64,000 nt of DNA from the human T2T-CHM13v2.0 reference genome, Homo sapiens. The position numbers and the translations under genes are program-made. Location of the stretch: NCBI RefSeq assembly GCF_009914755.1, contig NC_060930.1. The stretch is one strand, 5' to 3'. Under the pieces are notes generated by a model. The model was given only the letters and a program-made list of their open reading frames with translations. It was not told the DNA's origin and made no database searches. Below are positions 19,394-41,632 of the stretch, piece after piece (position 1 is the first letter of the stretch; every line of letters starts with the position of its first letter).

Positions 19394-19985
19394 TCAAAAT
19401 GTATTTAAGGGTATTCACTGAAAAATCTGTCGCCAATACCTATCTCCAGCCATCCTCCCTTTTCTATTGACAGCCACTGTTGGCAGTTTCTTATGTATCT
19501 CATATATATATATATGTATCTCATATATATATGTATCTCATATATATGTATCTCATATATATGTATCTCATATATATATGTATCTCATATATATATGTAT
19601 CTCATATATATATGTATCTCATATATATATGTATCTCATATATGTATGTATCTCATATATATATGAGAAATAGTACAATAGGATACAAACACTTTTGCAG
19701 CTTACCTCACTTAATGTTATATGCCCAGGTAGTTACACATCTGTATCTGTACAAGAGCAAAGTATTCTATGATATGCTATAATTATTTAACTTCTCCTCT
19801 AGTGGCAAATACATGTTGATCCCAATCTTTTACTATTATAGTGCTATAATGAATAACCTTGAATATGCCAGTCATTATACACATGGGAGTATATCTGTAG
19901 CATAAATTGCTGTGAATAGAATTACTGAGGCAAAGGATATATGCATTTGTAATTTTGAGAGATATTGTAAAAATTTCCTTTCGTA
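19394..19985 (-). mobile_element. Old L1ME-type fragment (continues at ~16290-16325 and ~22137-22180)
   Basis: cagccactgttggcagtttcttatgtat, gaattactgaggcaaaggatatatgcattt motifs. Confidence 0.6.
19492..19668. repeat. Minisatellite (TATGTATCTCA(TA)n), about 10 copies
   Basis: 15-21 bp units with GTATCTCA core; source of the low-complexity YVSHIY ORFs. Confidence 0.95.
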
Positions 19986-19989
19986 TAGA

Positions 19990-22136
<2,147 letters not shown>

Positions 22137-22239
22137 TAGGTTTTGCCAGTTTATACCCTGTTCAGCAATGTATGGAAGTGCTTGTTGGAATGTATGAAAA
22201 GGGTGTGTGTGTGGCAGGGGGTGGGGGGAGCGGTTATGA

Positions 22240-22432
22240 GAAGTACCAAATTAGTAGGGGGCTGGGCAGAAGTGTGGGTAGTCTGGACATCCTGTTTGCA
22301 ACTGGCATCTGAAGTGGGGGCAGTCTTGTGGGACTGAGCATTAACCTGTGGGATGTGCACTAACTCTGGATAGTTAGTGTCAGAATTGAATTGAATTGTT
22401 GGATACCCAGTTGGTACCAGGAGAATCAGAAA
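22240..22432 (+). mobile_element. MER21-type LTR fragment
   Basis: actggcatctgaagtgggggcagtcttgtgggactgagc...gtgtcagaattgaattgaatt. Confidence 0.7.
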
Positions 22433-22832
22433 CTACACACATAACCTTGGAGATGATGTTAATGTTATTTGAAGTCCTTTGTGACGGGACCTATGTGACC
22501 TGCTCCTTTGTGATGGTCCTCCTGCAAACCCCTTACCAACCCCCATGAAGAGCCCTTCTCATCTTAGTGTGTTCTAGTAGCATATCAATCAGTCTCCCTG
22601 CTCTCAAAGGCTAACTACTTCCACAGTCATGGAGAGATCAGCACATGGATTGCTCTCTGGACAGTCTGAGTTTGATGTCTCTGGGAGGCTAATACTTTAG
22701 TTGAACACTGATTTCTTTGTATATTTGTTCAGTTTTATTTAGAGAAGAGGCTAAGTACTGCTGGGGCAAGAACAGGAAAGAGCCAGGCCCCTGCTTGCAT
22801 GCCATCTCAGCAAAATAAGCCTGGTGGTAACT

Positions 22833-22975
22833 TTTAATTTTCATTTTTTTTAAATAGAGATGGGGTCTCGCTATATTGCCCAGGTTGGTCTTGAACTCCT
22901 GGCCTCAAGCAGTCCTTCCCCCTTGGCCTCCCAGACTGCTGAGATGACAGTCACGGGCCACTGTGCCAGGCCCCT
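22833..22975 (-). mobile_element. Alu monomer (FLAM-like)
   Basis: TSD tggtaactt. Confidence 0.8.
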
Positions 22976-23241
22976 CATGGTAACTTGACTTTCACTCTTG
23001 GTAGGTTAGGGAGGAGTGACCATCTGTTTTGTTTTAGGCATGCTCATTAAGGGGTCTCACTCCCCACTAGGCTTTACAAATTATCTCTTCCGAGGCACAA
23101 GTTTCTGTTCTGTTACATTTTTTGTGCCTTGCCTCTTGTATGTTGGTAAATCAGGCAGTGCTGGGTTGGTTGTATGAACCTCAGAACCACCTTTGTTAAA
23201 TTCTTCTCCATCAATTATCATATTCTTATCTTCTCCTTACG

Positions 23242-23430
23242 TGTTGTGGCAGCCATGAGACTGCGTCTCTCAGACCTCCAACTGCAGAAAGCATAATTAA
23301 CCTTTGGCCTCAGCTGCTGTACTCTGAAATTCATGACTACTGCATTTGCTCAGAGACTACACTTTCCATGGGCTGCTCCCAGCCAACAGCCAAGCACATC
23401 AGGGATACTAAGGCAGGCTCATTCCTTTGA
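23242..23430. mobile_element. LTR16-like (ERVL) fragment
   Basis: tgtggcagccatg...tctcagacctcc...gggctgctcccagccaa motifs. Confidence 0.6.
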
Positions 23431-23758
23431 TAGATGATATTGGATACAATGTCTGAAAGAGTCAAAGGCAAGAATGGTATGCAACATGTGCAATTCTAGT
23501 CTCAAGTCAGGTGGTTAGCTTCTGAAAAAACATAGGCACAGAATTTTTGTTGAGATAGGGGAGCACCTGATATCATGCACAGTGTGTGATTTCAGCCATG
23601 TAAGGCCATGTTACATATTAGTGTAAACCTGGATCAGGGCAGAAATAAAAAGGTTCTCAGCCACAGGAATCCTGGAAACCAGGCATTTTCACTGCTTCTC
23701 TCAAGGAGATGAATTACCCACTTTCTGAGTAAAGAACCACCAATGTATCTAACTGGAG

Positions 23759-24570
<812 letters not shown>

Positions 24571-24711
24571 ATGTAGAGAATCTCAAGAATGCCAGATGTA
24601 TTTGATTAATTGATGGGATCTTGAGGAGGGTGCCATTCCAGAACTATTAGCATCATGTGATCTCTTTGGCTGAACAGATATGGCTTTCTTAGGATTCTCA
24701 GACTCTGGCTA

Positions 24712-25645
<934 letters not shown>

Positions 25646-26467
25646 GTCCTGTTTCTCTGATTTGACCCCAAAGAAGGTACAACTGAGGATTGCTCAGACC
25701 AGAAGTCTGTGAGATGCCATGTCTGAGGAAGATGTCAGGATATAAAAAGCACCATGACTTCTATTGGGAGTGGAGGGCCTGGCAAATCTCTGTCAATTGT
25801 TTTCAGTGTTCTAATGAAAGGCCTTAGCCACAGGGATATACACTCCCAGAACAACAGGTTTGATTCCCAATTGTATTTGCAAAGGAAGTTAGTTCTTCTA
25901 GCTTTTCATTTACACATCCTCACAGGAGGTATATTTGTCAGGAACCCATGGGTTGGGTTTGGTAGAGCGTCTGACCAGGCCGGCCAGACAAGGCTTGGTG
26001 TACTAAGCTGTCCAATATTCCCAAAACTTTAATTACCTCAACCTAAGTATGAGAATATCATTATAATTTTTGCCACCTATCACATCACATGCTCACACAG
26101 GCACCCACATGCTATTTCTGTTTGTTATCCTACTCACTAAATAAAGCTCAACTTGTCTGAAGTCAGTCTAATCCCATCTACCCCCAAGCATTTGCCAATA
26201 TTTACATCCTTTCTGCTGCAAATATTATCATTACTTATCTAATTACTTGGGCTCATACCTCTGAGACATGTTTTTCTCTTCTTTCTCATCTACCCCTCAC
26301 CCCACCTCCCTGCCATAACTTAATTTATTTAATGTTAGACTACAGAGCTCTTCATATACTGCTTTGCTTTCTCTAATCTCTTCAGTCCATTGTGAATAAT
26401 AGCATGATGTGCATATCACTATCCTGGTATACTTTGCTTTTATATTATAAATTATTTCTTGGCTATA

Positions 26468-26776
<309 letters not shown>

Positions 26777-26864
26777 AGAATTTTATATTTTATATAAATC
26801 TGTCTGGTTTGAAGACAGTACTATAAGCAAATCAATTCTATTTAATCAAGGGTTGGTAGAGATG

Positions 26865-27038
26865 GGCTTAGTAGCTGTGTAACCTTAGGCAAGTTATTTT
26901 ACATGTCTGTGTCTCCATTTCTTCATGTATAAAATGGGGACAATAATAGTACCTAATTCACAGGGTGTTATGAGGATTGAAAGAGTTAGTATTTGTAAGA
27001 CAGTTGGAACAGCGCCGGAAACTTGGTAAGCTCTGAAA
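26865..27038 (+). mobile_element. MIR
   Basis: gctgtgtaaccttaggcaagtta...aaaatggggacaataatagtacct core. Confidence 0.8.
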
Positions 27039-29404
27039 TACCTGGAATCTGTGTAGAAGTCAATGAGGAAATGAGTTTATCAAGAAAGAAAGAACATGGT
27101 TGAAAATGAGACCTTGAGTCCCACAATAAGGAGTGGCTTTGGTGGTGTTTGGCTGGGTTTGTTAGCTGAGGATAGTGAATGAATGTTATATCTAGGTGAA
27201 TCTAATAATGGAATTGATGATTCTCTTGACCAGAAACCTGAGCTTAAATCTATTGATAGAATGTTTGAACTGTTTGACTTACTATTGTTTTAGATTCAAA
27301 ACATTGGTTTTCGTAGGCATTTCAGTTCAATGCAATGTCAATTAATTAGGTCTGAAGTAGAACAGTTACCATGAGAGGTTTATATTACCATAGCTTGCAT
27401 TTGAGAAAGTCAAAATTTTCAAAATATGGTTAGTTCCAAAGTATATTTTTGATAAACCAGCTTGAATACTGCATTGTGGATAACAAGGTTAAATAAAGGT
27501 TCTAATAAGACAAACAGTGACAATTTAAATAAATCAGATGTTTTTGTCGAAGATTACTCTGTGATTTTCTCCAATTATTCATGACATTTCACCCATTCAT
27601 ATTGTGATCTGCTTTAATAGTGGAAGAAAAAAAAGCCCTTGTCTCCTTGTTTATTCTTTGTTCTCAAGGAGATAAGCTGTTTATAAAGACACGTTATTTG
27701 TTATTTAAATCACTTTTACTGAAGTTGTTTATTTCCTTGTTTCAGTTTCTAAAAATATTGCAACAATTGTAATGCTTCTTAGAGATGTCTATTCAATTCA
27801 GAGTGATTTGTACTGAAATTCTTTGCTAAATGGGCACAGGTGCTGATGTGTATAACATGCTAGTGAGTCAAAACTAATAAGTGCTAAAAAAAACGATAAT
27901 GGGGATATACTTGTGTCAACTTTAAAAATCTGTGATTAAAAACATTTTAGACCTAAAGTCTTAGATATTTGTAAAGGTCTATCGCTATACATGCTATTTA
28001 ATAAGTATTTAATAATAGTAATAATAATAATAATGAAAACAATAAATTAGGTATAATACCAAAACCATAAGCAGAAAAACTGCATAATTTAAATACAGAA
28101 ATCTATTTCCTAGAAAATACCCTTTAATCACTTTGCAGACTTTGAAGATCATAATTATTATATAGAAGTAATTACATTAAAAGATAATTTACCTGGTAGT
28201 AAAGTATCAAATTAAAGCTGAAAAACTACACTTGTAAACAGAATTATATGTTTTAAAATATTGTTAAACAGCAAACATGTGAAATTATGTCTCCTGCTTC
28301 TCTCTTTGCTATGCATAAAATTACCTCCAGAAAAAATTTTGGTGATTTGGTACTATAAAGCTACATGGTACTAAAGTATACAGCTACATTACATGTTTTG
28401 CATATCAACCTAAACTATGACTTATCCTAGGTAATCAACAAGATTGATGTGTGAAATAAAGCCAAGCAGATTTGATATTTTAAGGGACAGCTGATTATTT
28501 TTAAGAACTAAAGGTTGAAAATCCAGCTGGGTTGATTTGGCTTAAAAAAATGAAGTCTGGTAACATAATTTATAGTATCTATTCCGGCCGAGTAAGCCCT
28601 GGATACTGCAAACTCGTATCTGTGGATGCACAATTCTCCCTTTGAAATTGATGAGAATTGCTTGGGCTAAGTGAGAGGCATGCTGGGAAAATTGGGCCCT
28701 TACAATTGGTGTGTATAGACATTAGAGGTTTCATGACACTTTCCTCATCTGGTCCCTCAGTTTTCTCCAGTTCTGGTTTTGGCAGGAGACACTCAGCTTT
28801 GGAAGGAATACTCCTTGAATTAGATATGTCCAGACTAAAAATTATTCAGGTTTTATCACCTAGAGAGTCTTACTTGAGAATTTCTTCATTATCAGTAAAG
28901 TTGGGTAAATAAAGTTTAACTTGATTTAAATCTTATCCAAGTAATCTCAAGATGTCCATTTGAAAAACAAAACAAAAACCAGCTGATTTCGTTGAAGTCT
29001 AGGCCAAATCACGGCTAAGTTTGAGTGTAGTCACCTGGAGCAAGTACTATACTTATAAACAAATGAATTCATATACTTTTATCATGGCATCTTTGAGTTT
29101 TGAAGATTGGCTACATTTTAGGCCAACTTCAGTTTCTCTAAATAAGTGGTCTATAGAACTGAAAAACACTCAATTTGTTTGCCTGGTTGCATCTCATTAA
29201 ATCCAACTAACCAATCAACAAAACTAGATTGGTCATGACTATCAATGAACAGCAATCAAAGTATTATGTGGCATGGTCTACTTTTTGTCTATCTGTTGAT
29301 CTTGTTTAAGGGTTATTTCCATTACCATTCAGTTAACTTCAAGAAGGTATAGTAGCTGTATTATATTGGACAAGTCACTTACTGTATCTCTCAGAATCAT
29401 GGAG

Positions 29405-30612
<1,208 letters not shown>

Positions 30613-31195
30613 GATTTTTCAAATATTAGTAAAAACCAACAGAACATTCATAGGAAATAAAGGGGGGGGGTGTCCAGTGGGTGGATGGGATTAGTTTACC
30701 AGTTTTTCTAGAATAATATATACAAAGGTGCATGTAAACAAATAAGATGCTTGGTAAATCACCCATGATATGTTGCTTTCTGAGTATAAATTATTTGAGT
30801 GATCTGAGAGGATGGTAAGGTAGGCAGAGCCAGATATTGATTTTCTAAAAGGTCCATAATAAAGAAATTGTACTTCATTCTGCAGACAGTAGGGAGGCAC
30901 TGCAAATTTAGAAACTGTGAAGGATCGTAGTCAGATAGGTGACATCTTTGGAAAGATGCATCTGACAGCAGTATGGTGTGGAGGGGAAACAGCCAGAGCT
31001 AGAGTTGGGAGATGACTGCATCAGCCTCTGAAAGACAAGAGGGAGACCCAGTGGTAACGGATGGATTTAATCATATTTGGTGAAGGACTGGATAGGAGGG
31101 ATGAGGAAGAGAAACTAGGTGATGATTCCCAGATTCCAAGTTTGTGTGTCCAATTGGGGAACGTTAGTATTAGTTGGGGTTTGTTGCTATTTTTA

Positions 31196-32406
<1,211 letters not shown>

Positions 32407-33264
32407 TTAAACAACGTTTCAGTAAAGGGGAAAAAAGGTGATTTTTGTTGTAAGGTTAGCAAAAGAATAAGAAATGGACTGCTTGTAGCAAAATCTATAC
32501 TTTGTACACATTTATAAATCTGTATTACTGAAGTGTGTACATCTTGGTTAGAAGTTACATTTCTCATAGTTAATAAGGTACTTAGGTATATTTGTTTATT
32601 TAGTTTGTTTAAATTAAGTAACCTAGTGCCTATAGTGCCAGCTACTTGGGAGGCTGAGGCAGGAGGATTGCTTGAGCCCAGGAGTTTGAGGCTGCACTGA
32701 GCTATGATTGCATCACTGCACTTTAGCCTAGGTTGACAGAGTGAGATCTTGTCTCTAAAAAAAAGGAAAAGAAAATAAATTAAGTAACCTAAGTTATATC
32801 TTTGGTTAAGGATATTTAAAATACAAATGTTTTGAATTTAGAAGCTAGATATTTGACTCTACTTGAATGTAGAAACTAGAAGTTATTATGTAATGGTTTC
32901 CATGTGAATTTATTTATTTATTTATTTAGTGTAGAGATGGGGTCTTGTTATGTTGCCCAGGCTGGTCTTGAACTCCTGGCCTCAAGCAAGCCTCCCACCT
33001 CTGTCTCTCAAAGTGCTGAGATTACCAGCGTGAGCCACTGTACCCCTGAAATAATTTCTTATGTATCTTCAAATGGACCACATTGTTTTTCATAGCTCTA
33101 AAGTGTTTCTTTGTTAAATTAGAAGAAATTATACTTATGAAGAACCACGTGTAATGGCAAATAAATAAATAAGCAAATGGAAAAAAGGGCTCTTGGGTTG
33201 TGTTTCAATTACTTCTGTAATATTGAATTTAATGGTGTTTTAAAAAATTAATCTTTAAAATGGA

Positions 33265-34955
<1,691 letters not shown>

Positions 34956-35059
34956 AAATTAAAATGGGCTCAAAATCTTAGAAGCATCACTTATTTCATG
35001 AAGAAGGTAAAGTAATCTTTTCTTTTTGCAGATAGAAAATAAATTTTGTATTAAGACTA

Positions 35060-36800
35060 CTCATTTAGTCATTTAACAAACATTTGAGTTCCTTATAACC
35101 TAGGTACTACTATAGGCCCTGGCGACATGGCAGTGAACAAAACAGACATAAATCCCTGCCATAGGGAGCTTAGATTCTAGGAAGAGTAGTAAGAGCAGGT
35201 AATAAGCTAATAAATTAGTAAAGTACATATTATGCTAGATGGTAGTAACTGTTGTGGAGAAAATAAAGCTGGGAAGAAAGAAAAGGAGTGCTGGGCAAGA
35301 TTGTAATTTCATATAGATAGTAGTTAGGAAAGGCCTTAACTAAGAAGGTGTCATAAGGAAGTAAAGACAAGAGGAAGTGAGCCAAGTAGATATTTTGGAG
35401 CAGAGCATCCCAGGCAGAAGGAACAGGACATGCAGAAGCTTCAGGAGTGAGAAGCTGGCTTGGTGAGTTCCAGGAATAGCAAGAAAGCCAACGTGCATGG
35501 ACAGAGATGGGACGGGAGAATGGTCTGAGATGAGATCAAAGAGGTAGTTGGTACCCTCATCATGAGACCTCATAGGCTGTTTTGATAACCGAGTGGCAGG
35601 GTAAGCCACTAGTAGGTATTAAACACAGGAAAGTAATGATGCAACTTAGAATTTTAGAAATTATATATGGCTCTTGTAACCGCCCAATGGTTTCATTTTG
35701 TCCGCTGCCCAGATAGAGTCGATTTATCAAGACAGGGGAATTGCCATTAGAGAAAGAGTTTAATTCATGCAGAGCCAGTTGAACAGGAGACCAGAGTTTT
35801 ATTACTACTCAAATCAGTCCCCTGAAAATTCAGAGACTAGGGTTAAGGATAATTTGGTAGATAGGGGGCCAGGGAGTCAGGAGTGCTGATTGATTTACTA
35901 TCACTCAAATCAGTCTCCCTGAAAATTCAGAGACTGGGGTTAAGGATAATTTGGTGGACAGGGGGCCAGGGAGTCAGGAGTGCTGATTGATCAGGCTGGA
36001 AATGAAATCAAAGGGAGTCAAAGCTGTCCTCTTGTGCTGAGTCAGTTCCTGGGTGGGGACCACAAGACTAGATGAGCCAGTTGATTGATCTGGGTGGCAC
36101 CAGCTAATCCATCAGGGTCTGAAAAATATCTCCAGCATCAATCTTAGGTTTTACAGGTGATGTTATCCCTAGGAGCAATTGGGGAGGTTTAGATCTTGTG
36201 GCCTCTAGCTGCATGACTCCTAAACCATAATTTCTAATCTTGTAGCTAATCTGTTAGTCCTACAAAGGCAGTCTGGTCCCCAGGCAAGAAAAGGGTTTGT
36301 TTTGGAAAAGGGCTATCATCCTTCAAAGTTAAACTATAAACTAAATTCCTCCCAAAGTTAGTTCAGCCTATACCCAGAAATGAACAAGGACAGCTTGGAG
36401 GTTAGAAGCAAGATCAAGTCGGTCAGATCTTTCACTGTCATAATTTTCTCACAGTTATAATTTTTGCACAGACAATTCCCCTGTGTGGAGAACAAACTGT
36501 AGGGGTAGAGAGTGAAAGCAAGGAGACCAGTGACAAGGCAACTGCAATAATCCAGGAAGGAGATGATAGTGACTTGGATCAGAGTTGGTGGTAGCAGTAC
36601 TGGCAGTGAAACATGATGGAATTCTGGATAATTTTGAAGATGAAGCCAACAAAATTCACTGAAGGACTGGGTGTAAGGTGAGAGTGAATGGTGAAAGCAG
36701 AGGATGATTCCTGTGATAAATGGTTTGACCTACTGGAAGGCCAGTGTTGCCATCTACTGAGATGAAGAAGGCTACAGACGAAGTGGTGGAAGTGGGAATC
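35060..36800 (-). mobile_element. L2 fragment interrupted by an LTR
   Basis: cattta...tttaacaaacatttgag, ccaggcagaaggaacagga, tgccatctactgagatg motifs. Confidence 0.7.
35676..36478 (-). mobile_element. LTR8-family solo LTR with internal ~96-bp tandem duplication
   Basis: tgtaaccgcccaa...gatttatcaagacaggggaattgc; copies at 35798-35893 and 35894-35990. Confidence 0.8.
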
Positions 36801-36865
36801 AATTACTAGGTCCTTTCCTCCCTAGGGAGGTGGCTACAAGAAGAGGAACAAGAGTATTGAGGAAG

Positions 36866-37220
<355 letters not shown>

Positions 37221-37443
37221 CTATTCCATCTGCAGTCTGTCTCTGTCAATGGCTCAATGGCATCCTCTAAAATGGCAACCTCATGAACCTGGAAATGGAA
37301 AATCCCAATCACCCATATTTATTATGAATTACCATCTCATTTATTTAGATCCTACTTGAAAAATATTTTTCTTTTGCCTTTAATGAGTTTCGTGAATTTG
37401 CTACTTGATGTTCTGTAGCACTTTCTTCTACTTAAAAATTTCT

Positions 37444-38715
<1,272 letters not shown>

Positions 38716-39885
38716 ACAGAGAGAGCTTGAATTAGTGACAAAATCAGAGCTGAAATATAACTCCTGACTCAGTATGTTTTCTATTGACCACTTTCTTTCT
38801 TATTTCCTCATTTCTTTCATTGTATTTGTCCTTCTCTAGACTATTTTAGTTTGGTTTTATGCTTAATATTAGATGCCAGAGCTACTTGCCATTTTCTCTA
38901 GGAAGATTTTTTAAATAAGGACAAGAAAATACCTTGTAATTTTATGACTTATTTCAAATAGTTTTCCTGACAATGTTAAAAAATTTTTTCAGGCTAATTA
39001 TTTTGTTTAATTTGTTTTAGGAATTGCAGGAACAGCAGGATTAATGTTTTAATAAAATGGTTTACAATGGCTACTTAGTCTTCTGGTCATTCTCTTGACT
39101 ACATCAATTATAATATAATTGAATACATCAATTACAATCTAAGTTATTAAGTTAATCTAAGTTATTTCCCTCTAAATTAGCTTACATTTGTACAAAATAA
39201 AGTTAATTTCCTAAGTTTCTACTTGCACAACCATGTGAAAATTTCCTGTAGGTCTTCTTTGGCATCAAATTATCCATGAGTGCTTATATTACCTCCATAA
39301 TTATTAAGCTGTTGGAATTTCTAATAAAGGATAATTTCATTGGCCAAGGCAAGTGATTTTTCGGAGCAAACATAATGAAATCTAAATACTCTCTGAGAGT
39401 CTTTTGAGTGTGATAAATACATATGCAAGTCAAGGGAGAAACAATCAGATTTTTCAAAAGGTCTTTCACAAAGTGTCACACCAAAAATTAGCAACAAAAT
39501 AAAAAAAAAATCACCATAGTATGGAAGAACAGTTTGTCATGTCAGGCAGTGGAATTACAGAGAGAAGATAAATAGTACGTGTAAATTGGCTTATTTTGAC
39601 AGATACAATCAAAATAATTTTTTCCATGAATGATTTGACCAAGTTGGTAGAGACGTCTCTAAATTATTATACCGTGCTACACTTTCTCTTTCTTGTTTCT
39701 TTGGAATCCCTCTTCTAGTGTGGACCAACTGTCTGACTTCCTAGAGTTCTTCTTAGTGTAGTCTTTTCATTTGTTTTCACACAACTGAAGTTTCTCCTTC
39801 CTATACTCCAGACTTTCTTGCCTGCCTGACTTCACTGTATTCCCTGTTCTTGGAAGGTCTTTATCTCTTAAAAGTTAAGCTTGTA

Positions 39886-39989
39886 GTGCTTGCTTTGGCA
39901 GCACATATATTAAAATTGGAACGATACAGAGATTAGCATGATCTCTGCGCAAGGATGACACACAAATTCGTGAAGTAGTCCATGTTTTT
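39886..39989 (+). pseudogene. U6 snRNA retropseudogene with A-rich tail
   Basis: GTGCTTGCTTTGGCAGCACATATATTAAAATTGGAACGATACAGAGATTAGCATG...AAATTCGTGAAGTAGTCCATGTTTT; 3-nt deletion after the ACAGAGA box, several substitutions, A tail to ~40008. Confidence 0.95.
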
Positions 39990-40018
39990 AAAAATTAAAA
40001 AAAAAAAAGCTTTAAAGC

Positions 40019-40208
40019 TTGGGATGGTGGTTGGCACCTGTAGTCCCAGCTACTGGGGAGGCTGAAGCAGGAGGATCATGTAAGTTCAGGTGTTCAAGGC
40101 TACTATGCACAATGATGGAGTCTGTGAATAGCCACAGCACTTGGGCCTGGGCAACATAGTGAGGCCACTTCTCTTAAAAAAAAAAAAAACAAAAAACAAA
40201 AAAACAAA
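40019..40208 (+). mobile_element. FAM (fossil Alu monomer)
   Basis: Contains FAM/7SL-like tgtgaatagccac segment, A tail. Confidence 0.75.
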
Positions 40209-40321
40209 AGTTGAGTTTTTAGAAGGCCTTTTTGATTTACCAGCCAAACTGCTCTCTCATTGATTCCACAACACTGAATTATCTTTATTTTTAAAAAAAT
40301 TTATTCTAAAAGTCTTTGTAT

Positions 40322-41335
40322 TTTGTTCCCTCCCCCTTCCCCCTTCCCTCCCCTCCCCCTTCCCCTCCCCTCCCCCTTCCCCTTTTCTCTTCTTCCCCTC
40401 CCCTCCCCCTCTCCCTTCCCCTCACTTCCCCCACTTCCCCTCCCCTTCCCCTCCTCTCCCCTTCCCTCTCCCTCCTCTCCCCTCTCCTCCCCCTCCCCCT
40501 CGTCTCCCCTCCCCTCCCCCTCCCCTTCCCTCCCCCTCCCCCTCGTCTCCCCTCCCCTCCCCCTCCCCTTCCCTCCCCCTTCCCCTCCCCGCCTCTTCTC
40601 TTTTCTTTTTCTTTTTTTGAGACAGAGTCTCCCTCAGCCGCCCAGGCTGGAGTGCAGTGGCACAATCTCGACTCACTGCAGCCACCCTCTCCCGGATTCA
40701 AGCGATTCTCCCTGCCTCCGCCTCCCAAGTAGCTGGGATTATAGGCACCTGCCATCATGCCGGCTCCCCGTCCCCTCCCTTCCCCTTTCCCCCTTCCCCT
40801 TTTCTCTTCTCCCCCTCCCCTCCCCCTCTCCCCCTCACTTCCCCCACTTCCCCTCCCCTTCCCTCCCCCTCCCCTTCCCTCCCCCTTCCCCTCCCCTCCC
40901 CTTCGCTCCCCCTTCCCCTCCCCTTCCCTCCCCCTTCCCCTCCCCTTCCCTCCCCCTTCCCCTCCCCTTCACTCCCCCTTCCCCTCCCCTTCACTCCCCC
41001 TTCCCCTCCCCTTCACTCCCCCTTCCCCTCCCCTCCTCTTCTCTTTTCTTTTTTTGAGACAGAGTCTCGCTCAGCTGCCCAGGCTGGAGTGCAGTGGCAC
41101 GATCTCGACTCACTGCAGCCACCCTCTCCCGGATTCAAGCGATTCTCCCTGCCTCCGCCTCCCAAGTAGCTGGGATTATAGGCACCTGCCATCATGCCGG
41201 CTAATTTTTGTATTTTAGTAGAGACAGGGTTTCACCATGTTGGCTAGGCTGGTCTTGAACTCCTGACCTCAGGTGATACGCCTGCCTCAGCCTCCTAAAG
41301 TGCTAGGATTACAGGCGTGAGCCACCGCGCCGGGC
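40322..41335 (-). repeat. Tandem duplication of (CCCCT/CCCTT)-rich tract plus Alu right arm, followed by the rest of an AluS
   Basis: Units ~40322-40764 and ~40765-41202; Alu arms differ at only ~3 of ~150 positions. Confidence 0.9.
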
Positions 41336-41339
41336 CTTC

Positions 41340-41632
41340 TCTTTTTTTTTTTTTTTTGTTTTTTTTTTGTTTTTTTGAGACAGGGACTCACTCTGTCTCC
41401 CAGGCAGGAGTGCAGTGGCACAATCCCAGCTCACTACAGCCTCCACCTCCTGGACGCAACCCCCACCTCGGCCTCCCTAGTAACTAGGACTACAGGGCAC
41501 AGGCCACCATGCCCAGTTTTGTATTTTTTGCAGAGACAGGATCTCGCTATGTTGCCCAGACTGGTCTCAAACTCCCGGGCTCAAGCGATTCTCCTGCCTG
41601 GGCCTCCCAGGCATGAGCCACCTAGCCCGGCC
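41340..41632 (-). mobile_element. AluJ with internal deletions
   Basis: Antisense Alu blocks. Confidence 0.8.

Noticed and set aside
19467-19782. YVSHIY-repeat ORFs; superficially array-like repeat
   Set aside because: Simple minisatellite without unique spacers; eukaryotic DNA, not CRISPR
39886-39989. Functional U6 gene
   Set aside because: Internal deletion and substitutions, A tail and TSD, no upstream PSE/TATA seen
40306-41218. Pro/Ser-rich ORFs up to 244 aa resembling extensin/formin
   Set aside because: Low-complexity CCCCT tract plus Alu
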